From NCBI GenBank assembly GCA_041653515.1, contig JBAZFG010000006.1:484-64483 (forward strand): a stretch of DNA of 64,000 nucleotides. Direction: 5' to 3'. This document shows, piece by piece, positions 26,594 to 34,644 of the stretch. Numbering within the stretch: the first letter of the stretch is position 1; each line of letters starts with the position of its first letter. The position numbers and the translations under genes are program-made. A model generated the notes under the pieces. That model saw only the letters and a list, made by a program, of their open reading frames with translations, did not search any database and was not told the DNA's origin. This stretch comes from Candidatus Nanoarchaeia archaeon. GTDB taxonomy: Archaea; Nanobdellota; Nanobdellia; WJKC01.

Positions 26594-27607
26594 ATGGAAG
26601 GTCGTGAGTTGCTTGAGGTTATTTTGCGTGAATTTCCTAGTCTTGACCCTAGTTATGTTCGTGGCGTGGTTGGTCGTAGTTTAGTGTCTCGTCCTGAGAT
26701 TAAGGCTTTTAATGGCGTGCCTTATTTGATTGTTGCTGACCCTTCATTGTCTACTGAGGCTGGTCGTTATGGTCTCGCGGTCAGGGTTGATGGTGAGGTC
26801 ACTGTTGATGATGTTGGTTTCTTGGTTGGTGGCGTGACTCACTTGGGTGTTTTTGGTGAGGAGTGTGATAAGCGCGCTGTCGTGTCATTGGATGGTCATT
26901 CTTGTAAGGGTATGCAGTATGAGGTTGGTGTTGATGGTGGTATGATTAAAGTGGTTGATGTTAAGGATGTTAACATGGCTGTTAACGCTATTAGTAACTT
27001 CCAGCTTAACTGCGTTGGCGGCGGCTTGTTTAATATTAATCGTTTCATGGTTGAGGGTTATACTAAGCTTAAGGATGCTGGTTTTGAGTTGCCTGGTGGT
27101 TTGAGTGATTTGATTACTAGTAACTTGGTTAATGGTCTTAATGATTTTATCTCGTCTTATGAGATTAATAATGATGTGCCGCTTGACTCAATAGTGATGA
27201 AGTTAATTGATTTGGGTGGTTTTAACCCAGGGGTTATTAATGGCTTGCTTGAGGGTCATGAATCATTCACTCAAAGTGTTTACAAATCATTATTTAATAA
27301 GGGTGAAATTTTTACTGCTCGTTCTTTGTTTGGTTGGTCTAAGATAAGTCCTGTTTTTTCTGAATCAGTAGTTCAATCAGGTTATGATTCTTTATTACAA
27401 GAAGGTCGGGTTGATAGTGCTCGTTATTTGTTTGTTTGGTCTAAGATAAGTCCTGTTTTTTCTGAATCATTAGTTCAATCATATTATGATTCTTTTTTCA
27501 AGAAAGGTTGGGTTTATAGTGCTCGTTCTTTGTTTGTTTGGTCTAAGATAAAACCCAATAATGAATTACTAACACAATACAAGATTAAGCCAGAAGAATT
27601 TAATTAA
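26594..27607 (+). CDS. hypothetical protein with C-terminal 34-aa tandem repeats
   Basis: Track start is TTG 26588; ATG is at 26594. The C-terminus carries 2.3 copies of ARSLF(G/V)WSKISPVFSES(V/L)VQS.YDS....G.V.S. Confidence 0.65.
   Translation: MEGRELLEVILREFPSLDPSYVRGVVGRSLVSRPEIKAFNGVPYLIVADPSLSTEAGRYGLAVRVDGEVTVDDVGFLVGGVTHLGVFGEECDKRAVVSLDGHSCKGMQYEVGVDGGMIKVVDVKDVNMAVNAISNFQLNCVGGGLFNINRFMVEGYTKLKDAGFELPGGLSDLITSNLVNGLNDFISSYEINNDVPLDSIVMKLIDLGGFNPGVINGLLEGHESFTQSVYKSLFNKGEIFTARSLFGWSKISPVFSESVVQSGYDSLLQEGRVDSARYLFVWSKISPVFSESLVQSYYDSFFKKGWVYSARSLFVWSKIKPNNELLTQYKIKPEEFN
27317..27555 (+). repeat. 102-bp coding tandem repeat (2.3 copies)
   Basis: Units start at 27317, 27419 and 27521 (gctcgtt(c/a)tttgtttg(g/t)ttggtctaagataagtcctgttttttctgaatca...). 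The third unit is truncated. Confidence 0.9.
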
Positions 27608-27757
27608 TTAATTTCTGAATTTCTTCCTGATTTGAGCTAATCGTTTCTGCCTTACTTCCTCGGCTCGCTGTCGCGCTTTGTCAGCGCTTGAAACAACATT
27701 CTGGTTATTATTACGCTTATTGTTTAATCGCTCTATTACTTTCTGGTCTCTTCGCAT
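27608..27757 (-). CDS. possible small basic protein (49 aa)
   Basis: Hand-translated: MRRDQKVIERLNNKRNNNQNVVSSADKARQRAEEVRQKRLAQIRKKFRN*. It falls below the ORF-track cutoff and has no supporting motif. Confidence 0.25.
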   Translation of the reverse strand: MRRDQKVIERLNNKRNNNQNVVSSADKARQRAEEVRQKRLAQIRKKFRN

Positions 27758-27881
27758 AAATCAAGAGGATAATTATCTCTGTTTATAAAGATAATTAAAA
27801 AAACTTTTTTTAATTTTTCTTAAAGCCTTAATTTCTATAAGATAATAATATTATTAAGAAAGGCTTGATTGAAATGAGATA

Positions 27882-29270
27882 ATGGGTTTAATCATTGACT
27901 GTGAAGATAAGACGTTTGAAGCTTTTGTTAAGGAATCCTATCGGATTGCTTCAGCAGTAATGAAAATAGATATTAATCAATTCCCCAGTTTAATCCAACT
28001 TAATTTAATAGATTTAAAAGAGAATGACTTGAATATTAAATTAAAAACTTATAGACATCTGTTAAATAAGATTAGTAATGGTTTAGGAGATGAAGAATTA
28101 AGGTATTATCAGGAGAAGGTAAAGCAGTTATCAGGGATTGACAAAGAAAAATTATTGAGTTCTAATATGATTTTTTGCACTCTTTATGAGATTATTAACC
28201 TAAAGCGCGTTGGGGGTCATTATAATGATAAAAATAATGTAATTTTTATGCCAATATCAAATCCATCCCCTTACACTCTTGGCGAGGAATTATTCCATTT
28301 TGTTCACAATCATTACAAAAAAAGAGAAGTTGATGGCAGTATTCATGAGTTCTTTGGTTACCTTGGCCGTTTATACTTATACACTTTATTTGAGCGTTAT
28401 AATAAAAAATGGATAAATTATTTTCCTAAAGAGGATGATGAGACTGTTCATGGCATGATTAACTACAAAAAAGCATTAAATAGGGTGCTTGATACAATGC
28501 CAAAAAATAATCCCAAGGAATTAATGAAACAGCTTTTACCTTATCAGCGATTATTCTTCAAACTACTTTACAAGATTAGTGATAGTGATAAAAAATTAAT
28601 GAATGAATTCCTAAGTAAAAAATTCAAGCCTCTTGCTTTTTCTAATCATCAGATTGCTACTACGTTTGTCTTTATCCCGCCTTTTAAGAAAGAAGACTTA
28701 CTGTCAATCAATCTGAGTGTAAACCAAGTCAATATGAAACGTTTCTTTAAGGAATTTGGTTTTAAAGATAAGGAAATAAGGTTTATGCATGAGCTTACTA
28801 ATAAGACGCCAAAGGAGATTATTAAGGTTATCTTTAATTCTATACCAAAAACCCGATTATATAAAGATACAATTAAATATTATGTTTCATTATTCATGGA
28901 ATTAACTGAAGGCTTTGAAAAACTTAACAAGAATCAAAAATTTCTTGTTTTGTTATTTGTAAAATATAAGCTATTGACTTGGATTTTAATCCAAATACTT
29001 AATAATGATTATGACCAGAGAAATTATAGCATAGAATTAATGAAAGCAAGTCAAAATCATGATAAGGGTTATCCAATGGCTTATGATTGTAAGGATTATC
29101 CCTCACTGGATTTAGCGATTAAGAACCCAGGAGAGTTTTATAATAAGACGCCAGAGGAGATTATTAAGCAATTAAAAACAACACCAAGAATCTTTAAGAA
29201 ATTAAGAGCCAGTAAAAATAGAAGAGAAGAGCAGGCAATAAATGAATTAATAAGAAAACAACTTGATTAA
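27882..29270 (+). CDS. hypothetical protein (462 aa)
   Basis: ORF track, AT-rich. Has a His-rich patch (GEELFHFVHNHY...SIHEFFGY) and a repeated NKTP(K/E)EIIK motif. No family recognised. Confidence 0.6.
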   Translation: MGLIIDCEDKTFEAFVKESYRIASAVMKIDINQFPSLIQLNLIDLKENDLNIKLKTYRHLLNKISNGLGDEELRYYQEKVKQLSGIDKEKLLSSNMIFCTLYEIINLKRVGGHYNDKNNVIFMPISNPSPYTLGEELFHFVHNHYKKREVDGSIHEFFGYLGRLYLYTLFERYNKKWINYFPKEDDETVHGMINYKKALNRVLDTMPKNNPKELMKQLLPYQRLFFKLLYKISDSDKKLMNEFLSKKFKPLAFSNHQIATTFVFIPPFKKEDLLSINLSVNQVNMKRFFKEFGFKDKEIRFMHELTNKTPKEIIKVIFNSIPKTRLYKDTIKYYVSLFMELTEGFEKLNKNQKFLVLLFVKYKLLTWILIQILNNDYDQRNYSIELMKASQNHDKGYPMAYDCKDYPSLDLAIKNPGEFYNKTPEEIIKQLKTTPRIFKKLRASKNRREEQAINELIRKQLD

Positions 29271-29319
29271 ATTCAAAAATAAGTTAAAGGATAATTAAAA
29301 AAAATAAATTTTAGAATTT

Positions 29320-30255
29320 TTATGCTTCCTTGATTTTCTTAACATCTTCTTCAAGGTTTAGTTTCTCAAGTAATTCCTTATACCTGTTACGGATGGTGAC
29401 TTCAGTCACGCCTGCAACGTCAGCGACTTCTCGCTGAGTCTTGCGCTCATCACTAAGCAAAGCACTAATGTACAACGCTGCTGCTGCAATACCCATTGGG
29501 CCCTTGCCGCTAACAATCTCTTTTTCTTTGGCTTTCCTTAGGATTTCAGTGGCCTTGCTCGTCGCTTTAGGAGTGAGTTCAAGCTCGCTCGCGAAACGAT
29601 AAACATAGTCAAGCGGGCTGGTCGGCAGGATGCGAATATTTAATTGTCGGCAAATGAACCGATAAGTCTTGCCAATCTCCTTCTTATCCAATGGGAAAGC
29701 TTGACTAATCTCATCTAATGTTCTAGGCGTTCCATGCCTGCGGCAAGCAGCGTATAACGCGCCTGCAACAACTGATTCCATACTGCGGCCCCTAACAAGT
29801 CCTTTTTCAGCAGCCATGTAATAGATACGCGCTGCTTCTTCCTCAGCCATATGAGGAATGTTTAGGAAACTACTAACCCGTCTTAATTCAGCCAAAGCGA
29901 ACTTAAGGTTGCGCTCAATCGCAGTGCTAATCCTTGACTGCCACTTCTTAATACGATAAAAGTGCTTCCGGTCAGTGGCTGATAATTTGTACATATCACT
30001 GCTAGTACCAATCTTAGTGCTCGCGCCCATATCATGCTTGGTGAAAGTTAACGGTGAACCAACACGGCGACTGTTACTAACTTGCGAGTAATCAAACTCA
30101 CGCCACTCCTGGCCAAAATCAATCGGGTTATCTTCAATAACTAAACCACAATTTGTGCACATTAACTCACCAGTCTTGCGGTTCAATTGAATATTAGTTG
30201 AATCACACTCAGGGCAAGTTCGTTGTGTTTTCTTAAGAGATAGTTTTTGTTCCAT
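29320..30255 (-). CDS. tfb: transcription initiation factor IIB (TFB)
   Basis: N-terminal zinc ribbon CPECDS...CTNCG and two cyclin-like repeats with a C-terminal HTH (QREVADVAGVTEVTIRNRYKEL). AGGTG lies 9-13 nt upstream of the ATG. Confidence 0.95.
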   Translation of the reverse strand: MEQKLSLKKTQRTCPECDSTNIQLNRKTGELMCTNCGLVIEDNPIDFGQEWREFDYSQVSNSRRVGSPLTFTKHDMGASTKIGTSSDMYKLSATDRKHFYRIKKWQSRISTAIERNLKFALAELRRVSSFLNIPHMAEEEAARIYYMAAEKGLVRGRSMESVVAGALYAACRRHGTPRTLDEISQAFPLDKKEIGKTYRFICRQLNIRILPTSPLDYVYRFASELELTPKATSKATEILRKAKEKEIVSGKGPMGIAAAALYISALLSDERKTQREVADVAGVTEVTIRNRYKELLEKLNLEEDVKKIKEA

Positions 30256-30314
30256 TTAAAAGACACCTAAAGGTTTAAAAATAAAACTATAAAAGACTTT
30301 ATAAAGCTTTCCAA

Positions 30315-30887
30315 TCATTCCTGATTGGCTTGTGTCTTTAATTTATTATATAAATCTCTTGGCAGAGAAAGACTTAACTCAAATAATAAATTATCATCTG
30401 CTTCACGAAACAAGTGAATCACACCAGAATAATCAGTGATTGGATTACTGCCAAACAATACGCAACCAATATGACTGCAATTAATGTTTGGTAAAGATTG
30501 CAATTTATTGCGCTGCAAGTATAAACCATGCAATTCAAGCTGGTTGATTGATTCAGGCAGTAATACTAAATTATTATCAGTCAAGCTTAATCGCTTCAAA
30601 TTAGTTAACTCACCAATCCAATTAGGGACTGACGTTAATTGGTTATCCCAGAAGAATAACTCCTCCAACGAGGTTAAGTCACGAACTGATTCAGGAATCT
30701 TAGTAAAACTGTTTTTATGACAATAAAGGCTCTTTAAGCCAAGGGGTAATTTAGGTAAATCACTTAATTGATTCCAACCCAAATCAAGTTTTTCTAAATT
30801 ATCCAAATCAGTAACATAAGACGGGACTGATTTCAAGCCTTGACAAGACAAACTAAGATACATTGAATAATTATTCTTAAGAAACAA
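30315..30887 (-). CDS. short leucine-rich repeat protein (190 aa)
   Basis: About 6 LRRs (LEKLDLGWNQLSDLPKLP, LTNLKRLSLTDNNLVLLPESI...). Shares a 26-nt identical stretch with the LRR gene at 15191..16438. Confidence 0.8.
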   Translation of the reverse strand: MFLKNNYSMYLSLSCQGLKSVPSYVTDLDNLEKLDLGWNQLSDLPKLPLGLKSLYCHKNSFTKIPESVRDLTSLEELFFWDNQLTSVPNWIGELTNLKRLSLTDNNLVLLPESINQLELHGLYLQRNKLQSLPNINCSHIGCVLFGSNPITDYSGVIHLFREADDNLLFELSLSLPRDLYNKLKTQANQE

Positions 30888-30893
30888 GTTTAA

Positions 30894-31391
30894 TTACTTT
30901 TTCTTTTTAGGCTCAGGCAAGGCTTTCTTTTCCTTACGGTCAGAATGCTTCTTAGCCTTCTTTTTAACAACAGTGCTCTTAGTCAACTTAGTACCGCCTT
31001 TCTCTTCAGTATACTCAGTGAACAATCCGTTAACAATACCTTCCTGACCAGGCCTGTTAGTAACTTTAACAAAACCAAGATTAGTTTTTAGTACAGCGCC
31101 CTTAGTAATAACATCCATTCGAACGTAGTGACGGTTAGCTGGGTTAAGCATTACATCCTCAATAATTGCTTTAACCATTTTCTTCTTCTTAGCGTCATAA
31201 ATATTAACTTCCTTAATTAATTGAGCTCTTAATTTGTAATTACCGCCTAATGTCCTAACCTTCTTAATCTTAGGCTCACCAATACGAGTTAAGGCAGCTG
31301 ACCTGCCAACATGCATCTTCTTTTTAGGTTTATCAACATGATACTTACCGCCACTTGGCTTCCTTTTACTGCCTTGCAACCAAATACTCAT
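30894..31391 (-). CDS. rps8e: 30S ribosomal protein S8e with Lys-rich C-terminal extension
   Basis: WLQGSKRKPSGGKYH...VRTLGGNYKLRA...NPANRHYVRMDVITKGAV is the typical S8e pattern. Confidence 0.85.
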   Translation of the reverse strand: MSIWLQGSKRKPSGGKYHVDKPKKKMHVGRSAALTRIGEPKIKKVRTLGGNYKLRAQLIKEVNIYDAKKKKMVKAIIEDVMLNPANRHYVRMDVITKGAVLKTNLGFVKVTNRPGQEGIVNGLFTEYTEEKGGTKLTKSTVVKKKAKKHSDRKEKKALPEPKKKK

Positions 31392-31511
31392 TACAAAGAA
31401 AAGAAAGATATATGTTTTATAAGCATTACTATGAGTTTAATATAAAATTGTTAATCAAGCATATTTCTTAACAGAAAAGTATTAAAAAGGCGCTAATTTC
31501 ATTTCTTTAAA

Positions 31512-31742
31512 ATGGTTGACATACAAAGACCACTTGACGCTTTGAACGAGTCAAAAAACAAGCGAGTTCTGGTTGAACTCAAGAATGGCTCAAAGTACAA
31601 CGGTCTGTTAGACGCTTTTGACATTCACATAAACATTGTTTTAAGCGACGCAGACCAGATAGTTAACGGCGAAGTCAAGCGAAAACTTGGCAGGTTATTT
31701 ATTCGCGGTGACACTATTACCTTGATAAGCGCTAGTGAGTAA
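31512..31742 (+). CDS. Sm-like (LSm/SmAP) protein
   Basis: Sm1 (VLVELKNGSKYNGLLDAFDIHINIVL) and Sm2 (LGRLFIRGDTITLI) motifs. Immediately upstream of L37e, the conserved archaeal pairing. Confidence 0.9.
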   Translation: MVDIQRPLDALNESKNKRVLVELKNGSKYNGLLDAFDIHINIVLSDADQIVNGEVKRKLGRLFIRGDTITLISASE

Positions 31743-31800
31743 AAAAAAATAGAGGGAAGGGTAGATTATTGGTTTTTAAACCCAGAATAGAGGTAAAAAA

Positions 31801-31968
31801 ATGACTAAAGGAACTCCAAGTAAAGGTAAGAAATCAAAAGGTAAATCACACATTATGTGCCGACGATGCGGTAAACCGTCATTTCACGCTAGCCATAATG
31901 TTTGTGCCAGCTGTGGCTATGGCAAGACTAGTAAGATAAGAAGTTATGCTTGGGCTAAGAAGAAGTAA
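31801..31968 (+). CDS. rpl37e: 50S ribosomal protein L37e (eL37)
   Basis: Not in the ORF track (55 aa). Hand-translated: [56 protein letters not shown]4 zinc ribbon; GAGGT lies 8-9 nt upstream. Confidence 0.9.
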   Translation: MTKGTPSKGKKSKGKSHIMCRRCGKPSFHASHNVCASCGYGKTSKIRSYAWAKKK

Positions 31969-32096
31969 AAAAAATTCTTTTATTATAAAAAAAAGAGTAT
32001 TCTATCAAAGTTTTTTTAAATCAATTCTTTAATTTATTTGTTTTAAAGCCTGTCAGCGCAGAATAATTAAGTCCCTTCCAGGGACAGTAAAAGAAT

Positions 32097-32254
32097 TGAG
32101 CCCGACGGGATTCGAACCCACGACCTACTGGTATCACCATCCACCAGTGTTTGACCACCAGCCTCGTTCTTTAATTGCTCTCGAACGGGACGCTTCAATT
32201 ACGAAGCGCTGGATGTAAGAGCCAGTCGCTCTAACCAGACTGAGCTACGGGCCC
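32097..32254 (-). tRNA. tRNA-Lys (anticodon CUU) with about 83-nt intron at the canonical 37/38 position
   Basis: Exon 1 (32254..32216): GGGCCCG TA GCTC AGTCTGGTTA GAGC G ACTGG CTCTTA. Exon 2 (32132..32097): A CCAGT AGGTC GTGGG TTCGAAT CCCGT CGGGCTC A. The anticodon stem ACTGG/CCAGT forms only after removing 32133..32215. Confidence 0.8.
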
Positions 32255-32315
32255 AACTTCGATAAAAAGAAAATAATATTCATTTTATAAACTTGATGTT
32301 TCTAGCTAACCAGCA

Positions 32316-32795
32316 TTAATCAATTTTTGAATAACTTAACTTAAACACTTTGTCACTAAGTTTTTTTAACGAATCGTACTCGTTAACGCTTAAACTCAAG
32401 TGCAAGTAATTCTTATTCAAATCATCAAAGAAGCTGTGCTGGCAGTTAATAGTGGCTGGCAGTAAATCAATAATACAATAATGATTGAAACTAATTGGTT
32501 TAACCTTAAGTGATTCATTAGTGGGGAATGTGTAAAAAAATTCTTCCTGCCTTGACATTGAACCAATGTAAAATGAGTCAAGCTCGGTTAATGAATCACC
32601 AGCGCTAAGCGGGCTAAGATTAATCATTAATTTATTACCAACGCGGCAATTAAAAACACCATTAATGAATATGGTGGATAACACGTGGTCAAGCGAGTTA
32701 TTAATATCATCCTGCATAAGATTAATTTTAGTTAAACCCTTAAAATCACTAACCCCTTCAACAACTAATCGTTTATCAAGAATCATTAAAGACAA
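32316..32795 (-). CDS. hypothetical protein (159 aa)
   Basis: ORF track only. Confidence 0.45.
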   Translation of the reverse strand: MSLMILDKRLVVEGVSDFKGLTKINLMQDDINNSLDHVLSTIFINGVFNCRVGNKLMINLSPLSAGDSLTELDSFYIGSMSRQEEFFYTFPTNESLKVKPISFNHYCIIDLLPATINCQHSFFDDLNKNYLHLSLSVNEYDSLKKLSDKVFKLSYSKID

Positions 32796-32862
32796 TTAAT
32801 GCCAAAAATAGTTTTTAAGGATTTAGTCATCAGACAACAATGAATGAAAGCACTCCTTGAGT

Positions 32863-32934
32863 TGGACTGACTGGGAATCGCACCCAGGACCTCCCGCATG
32901 CCATGCGGGCATTCTACTACTGAACTACCAGCCC
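32863..32934 (-). tRNA. tRNA-Ala (anticodon GGC)
   Basis: GGGCTGG TA GTTC AGTAGTA GAAT G CCCGC ATGGCAT GCGGG AGGTC CTGGG TGCGATT CCCAG TCAGTCC A. The G3:U70 Ala identity pair is present. The T-loop reads UGC instead of UUC. Confidence 0.8.
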
Positions 32935-32997
32935 ATTACTTTGTTTTAGACTACTCAGTTTCTAATCCTCTTGAAATCCTTTTTAGTATTAAAAGTC

Positions 32998-33672
32998 TTA
33001 TGGCTTATTGACTTCGTGCAATTGTTTTGTTGGCTCATCCATATCAGTTAAGATTGATATTAACTCACTAATCGTGTCCGCTTTAAGGTCCCCTTCATCA
33101 CTATTAATAGTTATTATTGTTAAACCTGCTTTGCGAGCGCCCTCTACTTCAACATCGTCATTGGTGATGAAAACGCACCGGTCAACTGGCTCGTTTAATA
33201 AACGGCAAGCCCTTGAGTAAACTCTTTTATCTGGTTTTAATAACCCTTCATCACTGCCAAAAACTAAGACATTAAAAATACTAGTGTTCAAACCCAACCT
33301 CATAACATCATTAATAAACCAGTCACGAGGCATGTTGCTAATAACACCTAATTTATAATTACTGCTTAACGCACTAAGCACTGATTTGAAATCTTTTCTT
33401 AGTTTGACTAATTCGGCTCGTTTATTATTATGTTGTTCAATAATCCTTTTTTGAGTTCTTAATGGTAATTCAACTTTCTTGAATACTTCATCAAAAAAAG
33501 CTTCACTTTTAATCTTGCCTTTCTGTAATAACCTAAAAGCCCTAATGTATGCTTTTATGAATTTTGATGGCTCAACGTAATAACTAATTATCTGGTTAAG
33601 CGAGCGCTTCATCTCACTTAATGGTAAATCAAGGATAACACTTGAATCAAAGATTAATGATTTAATCTTCAT
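32998..33672 (-). CDS. HAD-superfamily hydrolase-like protein (motif I degenerate)
   Basis: Motif II GVISNM, motif III KPDKRVY, motif IV VFITNDDVEVEGARKAGL. Motif I reads IFDSS rather than DxD. Confidence 0.55.
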   Translation of the reverse strand: MKIKSLIFDSSVILDLPLSEMKRSLNQIISYYVEPSKFIKAYIRAFRLLQKGKIKSEAFFDEVFKKVELPLRTQKRIIEQHNNKRAELVKLRKDFKSVLSALSSNYKLGVISNMPRDWFINDVMRLGLNTSIFNVLVFGSDEGLLKPDKRVYSRACRLLNEPVDRCVFITNDDVEVEGARKAGLTIITINSDEGDLKADTISELISILTDMDEPTKQLHEVNKP

Positions 33673-33712
33673 TAAATAATAATATAAGACGTAAGCGTTT
33701 ATAAGTTGATTT

Positions 33713-34324
33713 ATGAAAGTTGGCTCAATTGTTTTTAATAAAAATTACTTAATTAGTTATTACTGTGACCCTAAGCTTAAATTAATCCCTGGGCCAATTT
33801 ACGTCTTTAAGGGCTTTGATGAAACAGATGGTGTTTTTTTTGAAAAAGGTGAGTTCATTATTCGTTATAAAGGTAAGGAGACGCGTTTTAGGACTACTTT
33901 TAAGCCTTATGATGATGAGTTTGAGGATTTTATTAAGGAACAATTAGGTTACTCGTTAGGTGTTGCTGAGCGCGCTTTAAGTAAGGCTGATTATAAGGTT
34001 GTTGAGAAAAAATTATTAGTTGAAGCTGGGCGAATAAAAAAACAATGGTTAGTTGATGGTGTTGACTTGCGTTCATTTAGGAGTGTTAATAACCAGCGGG
34101 ATGTTAGACAAGCTCAAAGCCAGTTACTGAAAGCTTTCTGCTCAAAGAACATTATAATTGTCTCGAAGAATGAGTTAAAAATTGACTTCCAGAAATCTTA
34201 CTCGCTACGCGATGAACAATTTATTGTCTTGAAAGGCAAAGGTATTACTTTCACTAAACAATTATTGCCACTTGTTAAGGATTTGGTTGGTCAGAAGAAA
34301 GTTAACTTGGATTCATTCATGTAG
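33713..34324 (+). CDS. hypothetical protein (203 aa)
   Basis: ORF track only. Confidence 0.5.
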   Translation: MKVGSIVFNKNYLISYYCDPKLKLIPGPIYVFKGFDETDGVFFEKGEFIIRYKGKETRFRTTFKPYDDEFEDFIKEQLGYSLGVAERALSKADYKVVEKKLLVEAGRIKKQWLVDGVDLRSFRSVNNQRDVRQAQSQLLKAFCSKNIIIVSKNELKIDFQKSYSLRDEQFIVLKGKGITFTKQLLPLVKDLVGQKKVNLDSFM

Positions 34325-34345
34325 TATTAAGCTTAATAAAAAATA

Positions 34346-34417
34346 AGCAGGGTGAGGGATTCGCACCCCCGTAAACTCGCTCTGCAGGCGAGCGCATAAC
34401 TGCTTTGCTAACCCTGC
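34346..34417 (-). tRNA. tRNA-Cys (anticodon GCA)
   Basis: GCAGGGT TA GCAA AGCAGTT ATGC G CTCGC CTGCAGA GCGAG TTTAC GGGGG TGCGAAT CCCTC ACCCTGC T. Discriminator U73 is as expected for Cys. The D-loop lacks GG and the T-loop reads UGC. Confidence 0.75.
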
Positions 34418-34466
34418 TTTGTTTGATTTAAAAATAATTGTTTTGATTAAAAAGATTGTTATTGGG
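34400..34466. repeat. copy 1 of perfect 67-bp direct repeat (tRNA-Cys nt 1-18 plus 49 nt of its upstream/promoter region)
   Basis: ctgctttgctaaccctgctttgtttgatttaaaaataattgttttgattaaaaagattgttattggg is identical at 34504..34570. Confidence 0.9.
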
Positions 34467-34503
34467 GGTGGTTATCTCTAAGGAGGGGTTCTCCCCTTCT
34501 GAG

Positions 34504-34521
34504 CTGCTTTGCTAACCCTGC
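34504..34521 (-). pseudogene. orphan 5' fragment (18 nt) of tRNA-Cys within repeat copy 2
   Basis: The reverse complement GCAGGGTTAGCAAAGCAG equals tRNA-Cys positions 1-18. No downstream tRNA body follows. Confidence 0.6.
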
Positions 34522-34570
34522 TTTGTTTGATTTAAAAATAATTGTTTTGATTAAAAAGATTGTTATTGGG
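34504..34570. repeat. copy 2 of perfect 67-bp direct repeat
   Basis: Identical to 34400..34466 and separated from it by 37 nt that contain the hairpin AGGAGGGG-TTCT-CCCCTTCT. Confidence 0.9.
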
Positions 34571-34644
34571 CTGTTTTGTTAGCCTTATTTGTTGTCACTA
34601 TCTTTTTGTTAAATTGAAATAATTGTTAATAAAAAAGAATGGTT

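Noticed and set aside
27317-27555. Diversity-generating retroelement (template/variable repeat pair)
   Set aside because: The repeats are in tandem within one ORF. Differences between units are not restricted to adenine positions, and no reverse transcriptase gene is in the window.
34400-34570. Possible CRISPR array
   Set aside because: There are only two repeat copies, the repeat is 67 bp and includes part of a tRNA gene, and no cas genes are in the window.
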